From Clostridia bacterium (lineage in GTDB: Bacteria; Bacillota; Clostridia; Christensenellales; CAG-138): a stretch of DNA of 64,000 nt. Within the stretch, counting starts at the first letter, position 1. Each line of letters opens with the position of its first letter. Below, one piece after another: positions 27,150 through 36,391 of this stretch. The stretch spans positions 1,390 through 65,389 of the forward strand of contig JAFRNW010000004.1 in NCBI GenBank assembly GCA_017429985.1, given 5' to 3'. The notes under the pieces were generated by a model. That model made no database searches and was not told where the DNA came from. It saw nothing but the letters and a program-made list of their open reading frames with translations. The position numbers and the translations under genes are program-made.

Positions 27150-27788
27150 ATGGCGAAAAAAAAGAAGAAAAAAATAACGGCAGCCGAGAAGAGAAGAAGA
27201 CGTTGGATCTTTCTTCTTTCTGCCATTCTGATCGTTACGGTTTTCGCCGGCATCATTTATCCGTACTATTCGGAGCACGGATGCTCGACCCTGTCGCAGG
27301 ATATTCAGAACATCCTGTCGACCGCATCCGCAATGATATCCGAGAATCCGGTCGTTACACCCGAACCGAACCTGTACGGTCCGTATCGGGTCAGATGGGT
27401 CGTGGACGGCGATACGATCGTTGTCGACCTGAACGGGACGGATACCTATATCCGGCTGATCGGGATCGATACGCCGGAAAGCGTCAGCTATAATCTGTCC
27501 GAAAATACCGAAGAGGGCAAAACCGCCGCCGAATTCACGAAAAAGCTCCTGAGGAAGAAGAAAGTCTACCTGGAATATGACAGGGACACGAAAGATAAAT
27601 ACGGAAGAACGCTCGCATATGTGTTTCTGGAAGATAAAGCGACCATGGCCAACCGCGAGATCCTCCGCGCAGGGATGGCGAAGGTCTACTCGTTCAAGCC
27701 GAACGTCAAATATGAAAGGGAGTTTATCAATATCCAGAACGAGGCGAGGATGAACCAGATAGGGCTGTGGGGAACCTATTATCATTGA
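27150..27788 (+). CDS. membrane-anchored thermonuclease (staphylococcal nuclease fold)
   Basis: Lys-rich N-terminus, one TM, then the SNase core (VVDGDTIVV, IRLIGIDTPE, GRTLAYVF, REILRAGMA). Start at ATG 27150 rather than the track start 27039. Confidence 0.85.
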   Translation: MAKKKKKKITAAEKRRRRWIFLLSAILIVTVFAGIIYPYYSEHGCSTLSQDIQNILSTASAMISENPVVTPEPNLYGPYRVRWVVDGDTIVVDLNGTDTYIRLIGIDTPESVSYNLSENTEEGKTAAEFTKKLLRKKKVYLEYDRDTKDKYGRTLAYVFLEDKATMANREILRAGMAKVYSFKPNVKYEREFINIQNEARMNQIGLWGTYYH

Positions 27789-27825
27789 TCTGCCGATCGC
27801 GCGCAGAAGGATCAGGAAACAAATA

Positions 27826-27857
27826 AAGCGGGAAGTCCAAGCCGGACCTCCCGCTTT
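27826..27857. terminator. bidirectional terminator between the nuclease and ATP-grasp genes
   Basis: AAGCGGGA-A-GTCC AAGCC GGAC-C-TCCCGCTT, flanked by A and T runs. Confidence 0.7.
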
Positions 27858-27879
27858 CCGTTATGAAATGTGAAAAGGT

Positions 27880-29076
27880 CTACCGTTCCTCCAGTATCGT
27901 CGCGACATACCGGCTGAGCTCCTCGGGAGTCGGGAAACACGCGATGAACATATAGTCTCCCATGTCAGCCGCGAGTGCGGCGTCCACGCGGCCCTCTTCC
28001 TTGATCTGCGACGCATATTTCGTCAGGACTTCCTCTCTGCTCAGGATATAGTTTCTGGCGTCCCTCCGGCCGACGAAGACGCAGTACTGACGGTCGCCCG
28101 TCCCCTTTTCCGTACGGTCGAACGCGATCATGTCGGCCCAGATCTTATACACGTCTGTGCTGTTTGCGTAATTCATCATGGTGGGCGAAATGCCGCCGCT
28201 GGGTCTCATGTTCACTTCCAGTGCGACGACCTCTCCCTTCTTTCCGATGTGCTGATCGCGGTTGAGACGGAAGAATTCGAAGTGTACAAACCGGCTTTTC
28301 ACGCCGAAGGCTTTCAGCGCGGCGCGTCCCATCGTCCGCAGATCGTCCGGAAGGCGGTCGCGGATATAGAATACGCTGTTCCCGTTCTGATTGACTACTT
28401 CCATCAGATCCACGGCAGTGACGTTTCCGGTCTCGAGCAGAGGCTCGCCCCGGCTGTTGACGATGGCGTCATACGTGTTGACGGTTGCGTCGATGAACTC
28501 TTCCATGATGAACCGGGTATCGTCCTTGTTCTGGAAGAAATTCCGGAGGTCCGTGTCGTTTTTCAGTTTCCACGTTTTTGTGGCGCCGACGCCGTTGTCC
28601 GGTTTCACAATGACCGGATATCCGACTTCTTCAATGAAAGCGGCACACTGTTCCAGCGTATCGACAAGATGGAAACGGGCGACCGGGATGCCTGCAAGCG
28701 CGTAGCGTTCCTTCATTTTGGACTTGAACTTGACGCACGGCATGTCTTCCGGCTGGAAACCCGACAGAATATGGAAATCACGGCGGAGTTCCGCATCCTG
28801 CTCCAGCCAGAATTCATTGTTGCTTTCCAGCCAGTCGATCCGTCCGTATTTATGGATGAAAAAAGCGACGCCGCGGTATACTTCATCGTAATTCTGAAGG
28901 GAGGAGACCTTGTAATACTCGTCGAGCGAAGACTTCTGGTCGTTCGTCAGATTGTCGTACGGACAGTCGCCGATCCCCAGAACCCGCAGACCGTTATCAC
29001 GGAGATGACGGCAGAAATGCCAGTAGTTGTCCGGAAAATTCGGAGAAATAAATACAAAGTTTTTCATATCGCTCAT
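27880..29076 (-). CDS. ATP-grasp domain protein of unknown substrate
   Basis: 398 aa with an ATP-grasp core (YPVIVKPDNGVGA...MEEFI...ALEVNMRPSGG). Last gene of a 3-gene operon and followed by a terminator. Confidence 0.85.
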   Translation of the reverse strand: MSDMKNFVFISPNFPDNYWHFCRHLRDNGLRVLGIGDCPYDNLTNDQKSSLDEYYKVSSLQNYDEVYRGVAFFIHKYGRIDWLESNNEFWLEQDAELRRDFHILSGFQPEDMPCVKFKSKMKERYALAGIPVARFHLVDTLEQCAAFIEEVGYPVIVKPDNGVGATKTWKLKNDTDLRNFFQNKDDTRFIMEEFIDATVNTYDAIVNSRGEPLLETGNVTAVDLMEVVNQNGNSVFYIRDRLPDDLRTMGRAALKAFGVKSRFVHFEFFRLNRDQHIGKKGEVVALEVNMRPSGGISPTMMNYANSTDVYKIWADMIAFDRTEKGTGDRQYCVFVGRRDARNYILSREEVLTKYASQIKEEGRVDAALAADMGDYMFIACFPTPEELSRYVATILEER

Positions 29077-29091
29077 TCCTTTGCTGCTTGG

Positions 29092-29844
29092 TTAAGAAAA
29101 CAGATACGGGAGGAAGTAATCGGCCTGTTTGTACCACCAGGGCCAGTCATGGTTGACGTCGTTCCCCCAGGTGTCGACCCAGATGTTGATTCCGAGCTCT
29201 TTAAACCTCTGTTCGAGATAATGCGTGCTCCACGGTTCCTCCCATGCGCCCGATCCGACACAGACGACCGCCTTGTGGGCGTTGTATTCCCGGATGAACG
29301 GATGATCCGCGGGGAAATTGGACATATAGTCGGTTGGAGAATTCCGGTATACGACTTCGTCCATGTAATCCCCGAGGAAATAGGACGCGTTGTAGATGCC
29401 GCTTAAAGCCATGCAGCGGTCGAACAGATCTGGGAAACGGAGATACAGATTCAGGGCGTGCGTCGCGCCCATCGAACAGCCGAACGTCATGATGCCGGGA
29501 TAGCCGCTCCATCCGTTTCTCTCGTTGACCCAGGAGCGGATAAACGGAACGACCTCGCGTGTGATGTAATGGATCCACTGCTCGTGCAGCCGGATGCGGT
29601 CGTACGGATTGCCGCCCTCGTTGCTCCATGTTTCGATATCGATGGTATCGATGGAAAAGACCGTGCAGGAACCGCTGTCGATCCACTTCTGGAACGTATC
29701 CGTCATGTGAAAGTTGGCGAAGTCATAATGATGGCCGTCCTGGCAGGGAATGAACAGAACCGGTCTTCCGGCATGTCCGTATACGGACATCGGCATGGTC
29801 CGCGACAGGTTGTCGCTGTAGAATTCCAGATAATTGGTTTCCAT
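29092..29844 (-). CDS. esterase family protein (PF00756-like alpha/beta hydrolase)
   Basis: 250 aa with nucleophile elbow GCSMGA and no signal peptide. Confidence 0.8.
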   Translation of the reverse strand: METNYLEFYSDNLSRTMPMSVYGHAGRPVLFIPCQDGHHYDFANFHMTDTFQKWIDSGSCTVFSIDTIDIETWSNEGGNPYDRIRLHEQWIHYITREVVPFIRSWVNERNGWSGYPGIMTFGCSMGATHALNLYLRFPDLFDRCMALSGIYNASYFLGDYMDEVVYRNSPTDYMSNFPADHPFIREYNAHKAVVCVGSGAWEEPWSTHYLEQRFKELGINIWVDTWGNDVNHDWPWWYKQADYFLPYLFS

Positions 29845-30624
29845 TTACTGATCTCCAAGCTGATAAAAAATCGTGTTCAGGAAGAAAGGCACCTGCAGTT
29901 CCCAGGAGGACTCGGAATGAATGCCCCCCGGAACGACGCGGCTTTCGACAAGCAGTCCTTTCTGAATCAGAAGAGACGTCATCTCGCCATAGAGCCTGCG
30001 GGCCCGCGCGGACGGCATTTCAAGAGAGCCGTTGTCCATATAAAGCACGGCATCCTTTACGCTGCTGTCCCGGATCAACTTCTTAAACTGCATGGGACTG
30101 AAGGCGAAAGAGGGAGAGAGCGCGGCGCCGCGCGAGAAAAATTCACCATAGTACAACAGGGCGTAAATCGTCATCAGTCCGCCCATGGAACTGCCTGCGA
30201 TAAACGTGAATTCGCGTCCGGGAAGGGAGGGATAGTGTTTATCGATATAAGGCTTGAAGCGTCTGACGATATACTCCATGGTGAGCTTTCCGCGGCCTTT
30301 GATGCTGCCGTATTCGGGATCGGTAAAGTCAATGGGAGAATACTCGGAGAGACGTCCTCCGCATTCATCGTCCTCGGCGTGATGGTTGCATTCAAGGGCG
30401 GCGACGATCAGCGGAACGTTATGCTCCGTCAGATAATCCAGCAGCCCCCAGCTTTTTCCGTAGGAGGCGTCTACGTCGCGGAAAAGGTTCTGACCGTCAA
30501 ACATATACAGAACGGGACAGCGGCGGCTGTTGTCCGCCATGCAGCTGTCCGGAACATATACATAGGCTTTTCTTGGTTCATTCCCCGTAAGGCTCGGGAT
30601 TGTGATATTCCACTCTTTATACAA
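29845..30624 (-). CDS. alpha/beta hydrolase, IroE/Fes-like putative esterase family
   Basis: 259 aa, GSSMGG elbow, TTG start after GAGAGG. Its stop codon directly abuts the next gene's start codon (29844/29845). Confidence 0.8.
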   Translation of the reverse strand: MYKEWNITIPSLTGNEPRKAYVYVPDSCMADNSRRCPVLYMFDGQNLFRDVDASYGKSWGLLDYLTEHNVPLIVAALECNHHAEDDECGGRLSEYSPIDFTDPEYGSIKGRGKLTMEYIVRRFKPYIDKHYPSLPGREFTFIAGSSMGGLMTIYALLYYGEFFSRGAALSPSFAFSPMQFKKLIRDSSVKDAVLYMDNGSLEMPSARARRLYGEMTSLLIQKGLLVESRVVPGGIHSESSWELQVPFFLNTIFYQLGDQ

Positions 30625-30791
30625 TCAGGTATACCTCTCTACCGTTAATGCATGAAAATATATCATATTTTGCCTTTGACTTCAACCGGAATCCCGGGAT
30701 TGCAGAAAGATGCAACCGTACCCGGCTCCGAACTACGGAATGCGGAATATCCGGGAACGGGATGCCCGGAAGACGGACGGGAAGCCACAAA

Positions 30792-32627
30792 TCAGACAGC
30801 GCCGCTGTTCATCAGCTCTTCCGTAAACTGCCTTGTGTAAAGCGCATAATAGTATCCCCTGCGTTTCATGAGCTCGGAATGGGTTCCCTGCTCGATGATC
30901 TTTCCATCCCGGACAACCAGGATCAGATCCGCCTGGCGGATCGTGGAGAGCCGGTGCGCGACCACAAAGGAGGTGCGGCCCTTCATCAGGTGCTCGATCG
31001 CGTCCTGGATCAGTTTTTCCGTAACGGTGTCGATGGAAGAGGTCGCTTCGTCCAGGACAAATATCCGGGGATCGGAAAGGATCGCCCTGGCAAAGGAGAG
31101 AAGCTGTTTTTCGCCGGTCGAAAGCAGGTCGCCGCCCTCTCCGACATCGCTGTCGTACCCCTTTTCCATTCTCGCAATAATACCGTCCGCCGAAACGGCT
31201 TTGACGGCGGCCTCGATCTCGCGCATCGTCGCATCGGGCTTGCCGTAAAGAAGGTTTTCCTTAATGGTGCCCGAGAACAGATGCGGGGTCTGAAGCACGT
31301 AGCCGATATTCGAATGCAGCCAGAGCTGAGAGCGTTCCCGGACATCTTTTCCGTCTATCAGGATCTGCCCGGCGCTGGGCTCAAAGAACCTGCACACAAG
31401 ATTGACGAGCGTGGACTTTCCTGCGCCGGTCTCTCCCACGACCGCCACGTTGGTGCCCTGCGGGATCTTCAGGTTGAAATGCTCCAGTACATATTCGTGC
31501 CCGTCCGGGTACATAAAGGAAACGTCCCGGAACTCCACGTCCCCGTACAGTTCCTCCCAGTTTTCCTTTTTCGGATGGAAGGTGTCGCCGTATCGTTCTA
31601 TGACCTCCGGACGGTCGGAGACATCCGATTCCGTTTCCATCAGACGGGTGAACCGCTCGATGTTGACCTGTACGGTAATCAGATCCGAAAGAGCGCGCAC
31701 GACCCACTGCAGCGGTTCCATCAGATTCAAGGCATAGGCCGTAAATGCAGCCAGCGTTCCAAGCTCCATCAGCCCCGAAACGGTAATATGACCGCCTCGC
31801 CAGAGAACCAGCGCAAGGGTGATATAGGAAGCGAAAGAGATCGTGGAAGCGAAAAGGGAACGGAAATGGCCGGTCTTTACTGCGGCGCGCGTCATTTCCC
31901 GGCTCGTCGATCTGAAATCCTGATCCATCCGCTCCTCGGCAACGAGCGTTTTGGTCGTCTTTGCCCCGATGATCCCTTCGTTGAACCCGGACGTGATCTG
32001 AGAATTGATTTCGCGTACCCGCCTGTTCAAACGGACAAGCCTGCCCTGGAAGTATCCCAGGGCGATCGCCGTAAGAGGAACGAGGATGAGCACGAGAAGT
32101 CCCATTTTCCAGTTGAGAAGGAACATGATCACGAGAGCGCCGATGATGTACGTGATATTCCAGACGCCGTCCATCAGGCTCCAGGATACGAGCGATCCGA
32201 TCCGTTCGGTGTCACTGACGACTCTGGAATGGATGTACCCGACGCTGTTCTGGTTAAAGTAGGAAAAGGAAAGGGTCTGGAGATGGTCGAACGCCGCCCT
32301 GCGCATATCCCGGTCCACGCTCATTTCGATCACGCCTCCCTGATAGGCGGATATTAGGTTTCCGATCGTCTGGGTCAGCAATACGGCAACATAGGAAAGG
32401 ATGAACGGAAGGAGCGTATCGAGAGCGGAAAGCTGCACGAAATGATTCAGGGCATACTGCTGGAACAGTGGCATAACGGTATCGATAAGCCCGCCGAGAA
32501 GGGACAGCGCAACCATGCTCCATATGACCTTCCGAAGCGGTTTCAGATAGGGAATCAGCTTCGGGATGCCGAAATGGGGAAGCTTCACATATTGCTGTTC
32601 TTCTTTTTTAAAGACAGTTTCGTCCAT
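30792..32627 (-). CDS. ABC exporter, fused permease/ATPase half-transporter
   Basis: 6 TM plus NBD: GETGAGKST, LSTGEKQLL, IFVLDEATSSID. Confidence 0.9.
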   Translation of the reverse strand: MDETVFKKEEQQYVKLPHFGIPKLIPYLKPLRKVIWSMVALSLLGGLIDTVMPLFQQYALNHFVQLSALDTLLPFILSYVAVLLTQTIGNLISAYQGGVIEMSVDRDMRRAAFDHLQTLSFSYFNQNSVGYIHSRVVSDTERIGSLVSWSLMDGVWNITYIIGALVIMFLLNWKMGLLVLILVPLTAIALGYFQGRLVRLNRRVREINSQITSGFNEGIIGAKTTKTLVAEERMDQDFRSTSREMTRAAVKTGHFRSLFASTISFASYITLALVLWRGGHITVSGLMELGTLAAFTAYALNLMEPLQWVVRALSDLITVQVNIERFTRLMETESDVSDRPEVIERYGDTFHPKKENWEELYGDVEFRDVSFMYPDGHEYVLEHFNLKIPQGTNVAVVGETGAGKSTLVNLVCRFFEPSAGQILIDGKDVRERSQLWLHSNIGYVLQTPHLFSGTIKENLLYGKPDATMREIEAAVKAVSADGIIARMEKGYDSDVGEGGDLLSTGEKQLLSFARAILSDPRIFVLDEATSSIDTVTEKLIQDAIEHLMKGRTSFVVAHRLSTIRQADLILVVRDGKIIEQGTHSELMKRRGYYYALYTRQFTEELMNSGAV

Positions 32628-32630
32628 TCT

Positions 32631-34466
32631 TCATATCTCCGCGTATCCCAACTGAATATCATAGATCTGCCGGTACATTCCGCCTTTGGACTCCAATTCC
32701 TTCGGGGTGCCTTCCTCGATGATCTGTCCCTTGTCGAGCACGAGGATATAATCCGCCTGCATCAGCGTCGTGATGCGGTGCGAAATCAGAATAACGGTCG
32801 ATTGCCCGAGGGATTGATGGAGCTGCTGGCGGATTTTCGCGTCTGTCTCCGAGTCAACAGCCGACAGGGAATCATCAAAAACCATGATCGGAGATTTCTG
32901 TGTCAGCATTCTTGCAATGGCAACGCGCTGCTTCTGGCCTCCGGACAGGGTGACGCCCCGTTCGCCGACCATCGTGTCATAACCCTCCTTGAACTCCGTG
33001 ATGGACTCGTCCACGCAGGCGATTCCCGCCGCGCGGCGGATCTCATCTATCGGAAGGCTGTGATTGCGGATCGAGATGTTTTCTCCGATCGTACGCGAGA
33101 ACAGGAAGGGCTCCTGAAGAACCATCCCGATGCAGTTTCTGAGATCCTGCGCCCGCATATCGGCAATATTGACCCCGCCGAGGGTGATCGATCCGTTTCC
33201 CGGAGGAAGTTCGTACAGTCGGTTCAGCAGGTGCATCAGCGTTGTTTTGCCCGAGCCGGTGCTCCCGAGAATGCCCAGCGTAGTGCCCGCCTTCACCTTG
33301 AAGGAAACGTCCTTCAGGATATCCTTTCCGTTTTCGTAGGCGAAAGAAACGTGGTCAAATACAATATCTCCGTGCGCCGCCTGTTCCGTCTGCTCCCTGG
33401 ACACAGGATCCGGGCAGTCATGCTCCGGCTCTGAATTCATGATGTAGCGGATACGGTCGATGCTGACGCCCGCCTTGCTCATCTCCGAGATGACGCGGCC
33501 AAGAAACCTGACGGGCCAGATCAGCATGCCGTTATAGCTGATGAATGCGATGTATTCGCCCGCGGTGAGTTCCCCGCGCACGCAGAACAGGGATCCGAGA
33601 ACGAGGACAAGAAGAATCTGCAGTCCGCTGATAAAATCGCTGACGCTCCAGAACGCGGACAGGAGCTTGATCAGGTGGATCCAGAGTCCTGTATAATAGG
33701 TGTTCTGCTTTTCGAACCGTTCCCGCTCAAATTCTTCCCTCCCGAATGCACGCACGACGCGGACCCCGGTCAGGTTTTCCTGGACGATCGTGGAAAGGAT
33801 GCCCTCATTTTCATCGCAGACTTCGAACCGGGAACGGATTTTCCCATAGAAAACAACGGAATAGGCGACGACAATGGGGGCGGCAATCGCTGCGATCAGC
33901 GTAAGTCTCGGATTCATCATGAACATGAATGCGAGGGACATGATCACCATAATGACGATGCGGACGATGGAGATCATCTGCTCGGAGACGAAAGTCCGGA
34001 CGCGTTCCACGTCGGAAGTACATCTCTGAATGATGTCTCCGGTATTATTCTCCTGGTGCCATGCGTATGGAAGCCTCTGGATATGGTAGAACAGGTCCTC
34101 GCGCATCTTTTGCTTCAGTTTTTCGGCGAACAGGGAGGAAGCCAGTCCCCGGAGATAGATCAGGACCATCAGGAAGAAAGCCATTACAAGGATGATCAGC
34201 GCAATGGCCCAGAGATTGTTCCGGAAGAAAGCCGCGCCGCCAGCGGAGAAGAACCATCTTCTGACAGGCTCCGGTGCGTTCAGCTCGCCGCTGCCGATCA
34301 CGGCGTCCACGGTCTGGCGGATAACCTGCGGGATCAGCATCTCGAGACGGGTAACGAAAAACGACGCAAGAAGGGTGCATGCGAAATAACTCTTGCATCC
34401 TTGCAGAAAATGAAGCAGCATCGTGCTTTTTGAGTATTGAATTGATTTGCTGTCCGTCGATTTCAT
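32631..34466 (-). CDS. ABC exporter, fused permease/ATPase half-transporter (partner of 30792-32627)
   Basis: 6 TM plus NBD: GSTGSGKTT, LSGGQKQR, IMVFDDSLSAVD. Separated from the partner gene by a 3-nt gap. Confidence 0.9.
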   Translation of the reverse strand: MKSTDSKSIQYSKSTMLLHFLQGCKSYFACTLLASFFVTRLEMLIPQVIRQTVDAVIGSGELNAPEPVRRWFFSAGGAAFFRNNLWAIALIILVMAFFLMVLIYLRGLASSLFAEKLKQKMREDLFYHIQRLPYAWHQENNTGDIIQRCTSDVERVRTFVSEQMISIVRIVIMVIMSLAFMFMMNPRLTLIAAIAAPIVVAYSVVFYGKIRSRFEVCDENEGILSTIVQENLTGVRVVRAFGREEFERERFEKQNTYYTGLWIHLIKLLSAFWSVSDFISGLQILLVLVLGSLFCVRGELTAGEYIAFISYNGMLIWPVRFLGRVISEMSKAGVSIDRIRYIMNSEPEHDCPDPVSREQTEQAAHGDIVFDHVSFAYENGKDILKDVSFKVKAGTTLGILGSTGSGKTTLMHLLNRLYELPPGNGSITLGGVNIADMRAQDLRNCIGMVLQEPFLFSRTIGENISIRNHSLPIDEIRRAAGIACVDESITEFKEGYDTMVGERGVTLSGGQKQRVAIARMLTQKSPIMVFDDSLSAVDSETDAKIRQQLHQSLGQSTVILISHRITTLMQADYILVLDKGQIIEEGTPKELESKGGMYRQIYDIQLGYAEI

Positions 34467-34679
34467 TCCGTTACTGCAGGGGTGTTTGCAGGATCCAGGA
34501 CCGAGCCCCGGGCAACAAACTATTTATCACAGAAGCGGTAAAAGGTCAAGCGACGAAGACGATGGGCAACGGGGAAGGAGCGGAGGGGAACGGATTGGAC
34601 AATTCTTTGGAAGTGGTGTATTGTTCAGATGTCATAAGAGATACCGCGGAGAGACTTCAGCGAAAAGGGAGGCAAGCAC

Positions 34680-34961
34680 ATGAAACCGTTGACGGTGATG
34701 TATCTGGAAAACTGTCCTTACTGCCGCAAAGCCAGGAAAGCAGTGGACGCGCTGATTGGGAAAAACCCGGAATTCAGGTCCGTTCCGCTTACATGGATCG
34801 AAGAATCAGAGCAGCCCGCTCTGGCGGACAGCTATGATTACTGGCGCGTACCGTCTGTTTTCATGGGGGAAGAAAAGCTGTTTGAAGCAGATCCCGCCGA
34901 TACATATGACAGTCTGAAAGAGGCGTTCTTCCAAGCATTCCGCACAGCGCTTGATTCTTGA
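34680..34961 (+). CDS. glutaredoxin-like (thioredoxin-fold) protein
   Basis: 93 aa with an N-terminal CPYC active-site motif and an AAGGGAGG RBS. Confidence 0.75.
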   Translation: MKPLTVMYLENCPYCRKARKAVDALIGKNPEFRSVPLTWIEESEQPALADSYDYWRVPSVFMGEEKLFEADPADTYDSLKEAFFQAFRTALDS

Positions 34962-34996
34962 TTGTCTTTTATCCGATCCTGTCACATAAGAAAAAC

Positions 34997-35033
34997 GGCT
35001 GCCGTACCGGAACAGTGCGGCAGCCATTTCGTT
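34997..35033 (+). terminator. terminator after the glutaredoxin-like gene
   Basis: GGCTGCCG...CGGCAGCC 8-bp stem followed by ATTTCGTTT. Confidence 0.6.
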
Positions 35034-35076
35034 TGCTGTGACGATGAAAACGGGGATCCTGCCTGCCTGACAGGAA

Positions 35077-35097
35077 ATGCCGGCTGTGACCCGGCAT
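35077..35097 (-). terminator. candidate terminator after tldE/pmbA
   Basis: ATGCCGG-7 nt-CCGGCAT. On the minus strand it is followed by TTTCCTG. Confidence 0.5.
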
Positions 35098-35113
35098 ATG
35101 CGGGGCGGAGATG

Positions 35114-36391
35114 TCAGCGGATGCCCGTAATCGTAAGATTGTAAAGCCTCGTTTCTTTCGGGATCACACGGGTGTTGTACTGCTCGGTTTCCCGGGTGAA
35201 CCGCATGGAGGGAATCGCTTCCTGCATGGTTCCGGAAACGCTTCCTCCGGTAATAACATCTGTCTTCCCGTCATGATGCCAGTAACCGAGGCGAATCTCG
35301 CCGAGGATATCCCCTCCGACGGGATCCACCTGAAAATCCGAGAACTCCACCAGTTCCAGATAATTTCCTTCATGAAGTTCCTCAGAAGATGCGCTGCCTC
35401 CGGAAACGATGAAATTGTACACCTGGGAACTGTCTTTGCTTCCAAGGTATTCGCTCATCTGACGGGTGCCCCAAGTATCTTCCGATTTCCCGCTGCGGAT
35501 CAGATACCGTTCGCGGATCCATGCGCCTTCCGAATCCACAGGATACGAGGCGGAGGAGTTTTCCAGCGATGCTGCCGCAAACAGGGAGACACGGTCGCCC
35601 GTGGTGTATTCGGCGATCTCTTTTCCCTTTGTCCAGTCGGACAGTTTCCGAAACTGCAGGCCTGCGCTCATGCGGTACACAAAATAGTCGTAGATCTCGA
35701 CCGCGTCCTCCGTCGAGAAGATCACGTCGCTCTTTTCCAGAGCCGGGGTCGCACCCGCGACAAGTCTGTCCTTGCCGAAACGCATCGCTTCCTCCACATC
35801 GCGGGTCAGCTTTTCACCGTTGCATACGCCGGAGCGGAAATTCCGGTACAGCTCGATCTCATGGTTGTCATGAGACGCGTTGACGACGACCTCGATCATG
35901 GAAGAGGGGTAGGTGATTTCGTAGGTGACCCCGTTCGAGTTTTCAAAGCGCTCATGGATCTCGCGGACGAATATTTCGTAGGAATTGATCCGTTCCGTCT
36001 CCGTTTCATGAACAGCCTGCATGGCCGTGATAAAGGTTTCCGCGATGGCATCGACATCGACCCTTGTCTGAGCTATGGCCGGCAGAGCCTTGTCGGTCAG
36101 GGTATAGGCGGGGTTCTTGACCAGAGAAGCCTGATAAATCAGGTTTTTCAAAGCGGAATCCATCTCGGAATCGGAAGCGGTGGGATTGATGCTGCCGGAA
36201 GCGCTGCCGAGCGCCTTTCCGTCATCGAGGGGGATGTACACTTTGACTTCGAATGTTTTGACGCAGCTGGCGCGGTTCTGATCGAGTTTGTGGCGGATGA
36301 AATAAAACTCCCATGCAGTAGTCGTCCGTTCCGTCAGCTCGAAGATCTCACATCCCAGCGCATGCAGTTTTTCCTTTATGATCGTAAACAT
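35114..36391 (-). CDS. TldE/PmbA-family metallopeptidase subunit
   Basis: 425 aa, TldD/PmbA-like sequence lacking HExxxH. Its ATG overlaps the tldD stop by 1 nt (TAATG). Confidence 0.8.
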   Translation of the reverse strand: MFTIIKEKLHALGCEIFELTERTTTAWEFYFIRHKLDQNRASCVKTFEVKVYIPLDDGKALGSASGSINPTASDSEMDSALKNLIYQASLVKNPAYTLTDKALPAIAQTRVDVDAIAETFITAMQAVHETETERINSYEIFVREIHERFENSNGVTYEITYPSSMIEVVVNASHDNHEIELYRNFRSGVCNGEKLTRDVEEAMRFGKDRLVAGATPALEKSDVIFSTEDAVEIYDYFVYRMSAGLQFRKLSDWTKGKEIAEYTTGDRVSLFAAASLENSSASYPVDSEGAWIRERYLIRSGKSEDTWGTRQMSEYLGSKDSSQVYNFIVSGGSASSEELHEGNYLELVEFSDFQVDPVGGDILGEIRLGYWHHDGKTDVITGGSVSGTMQEAIPSMRFTRETEQYNTRVIPKETRLYNLTITGIR

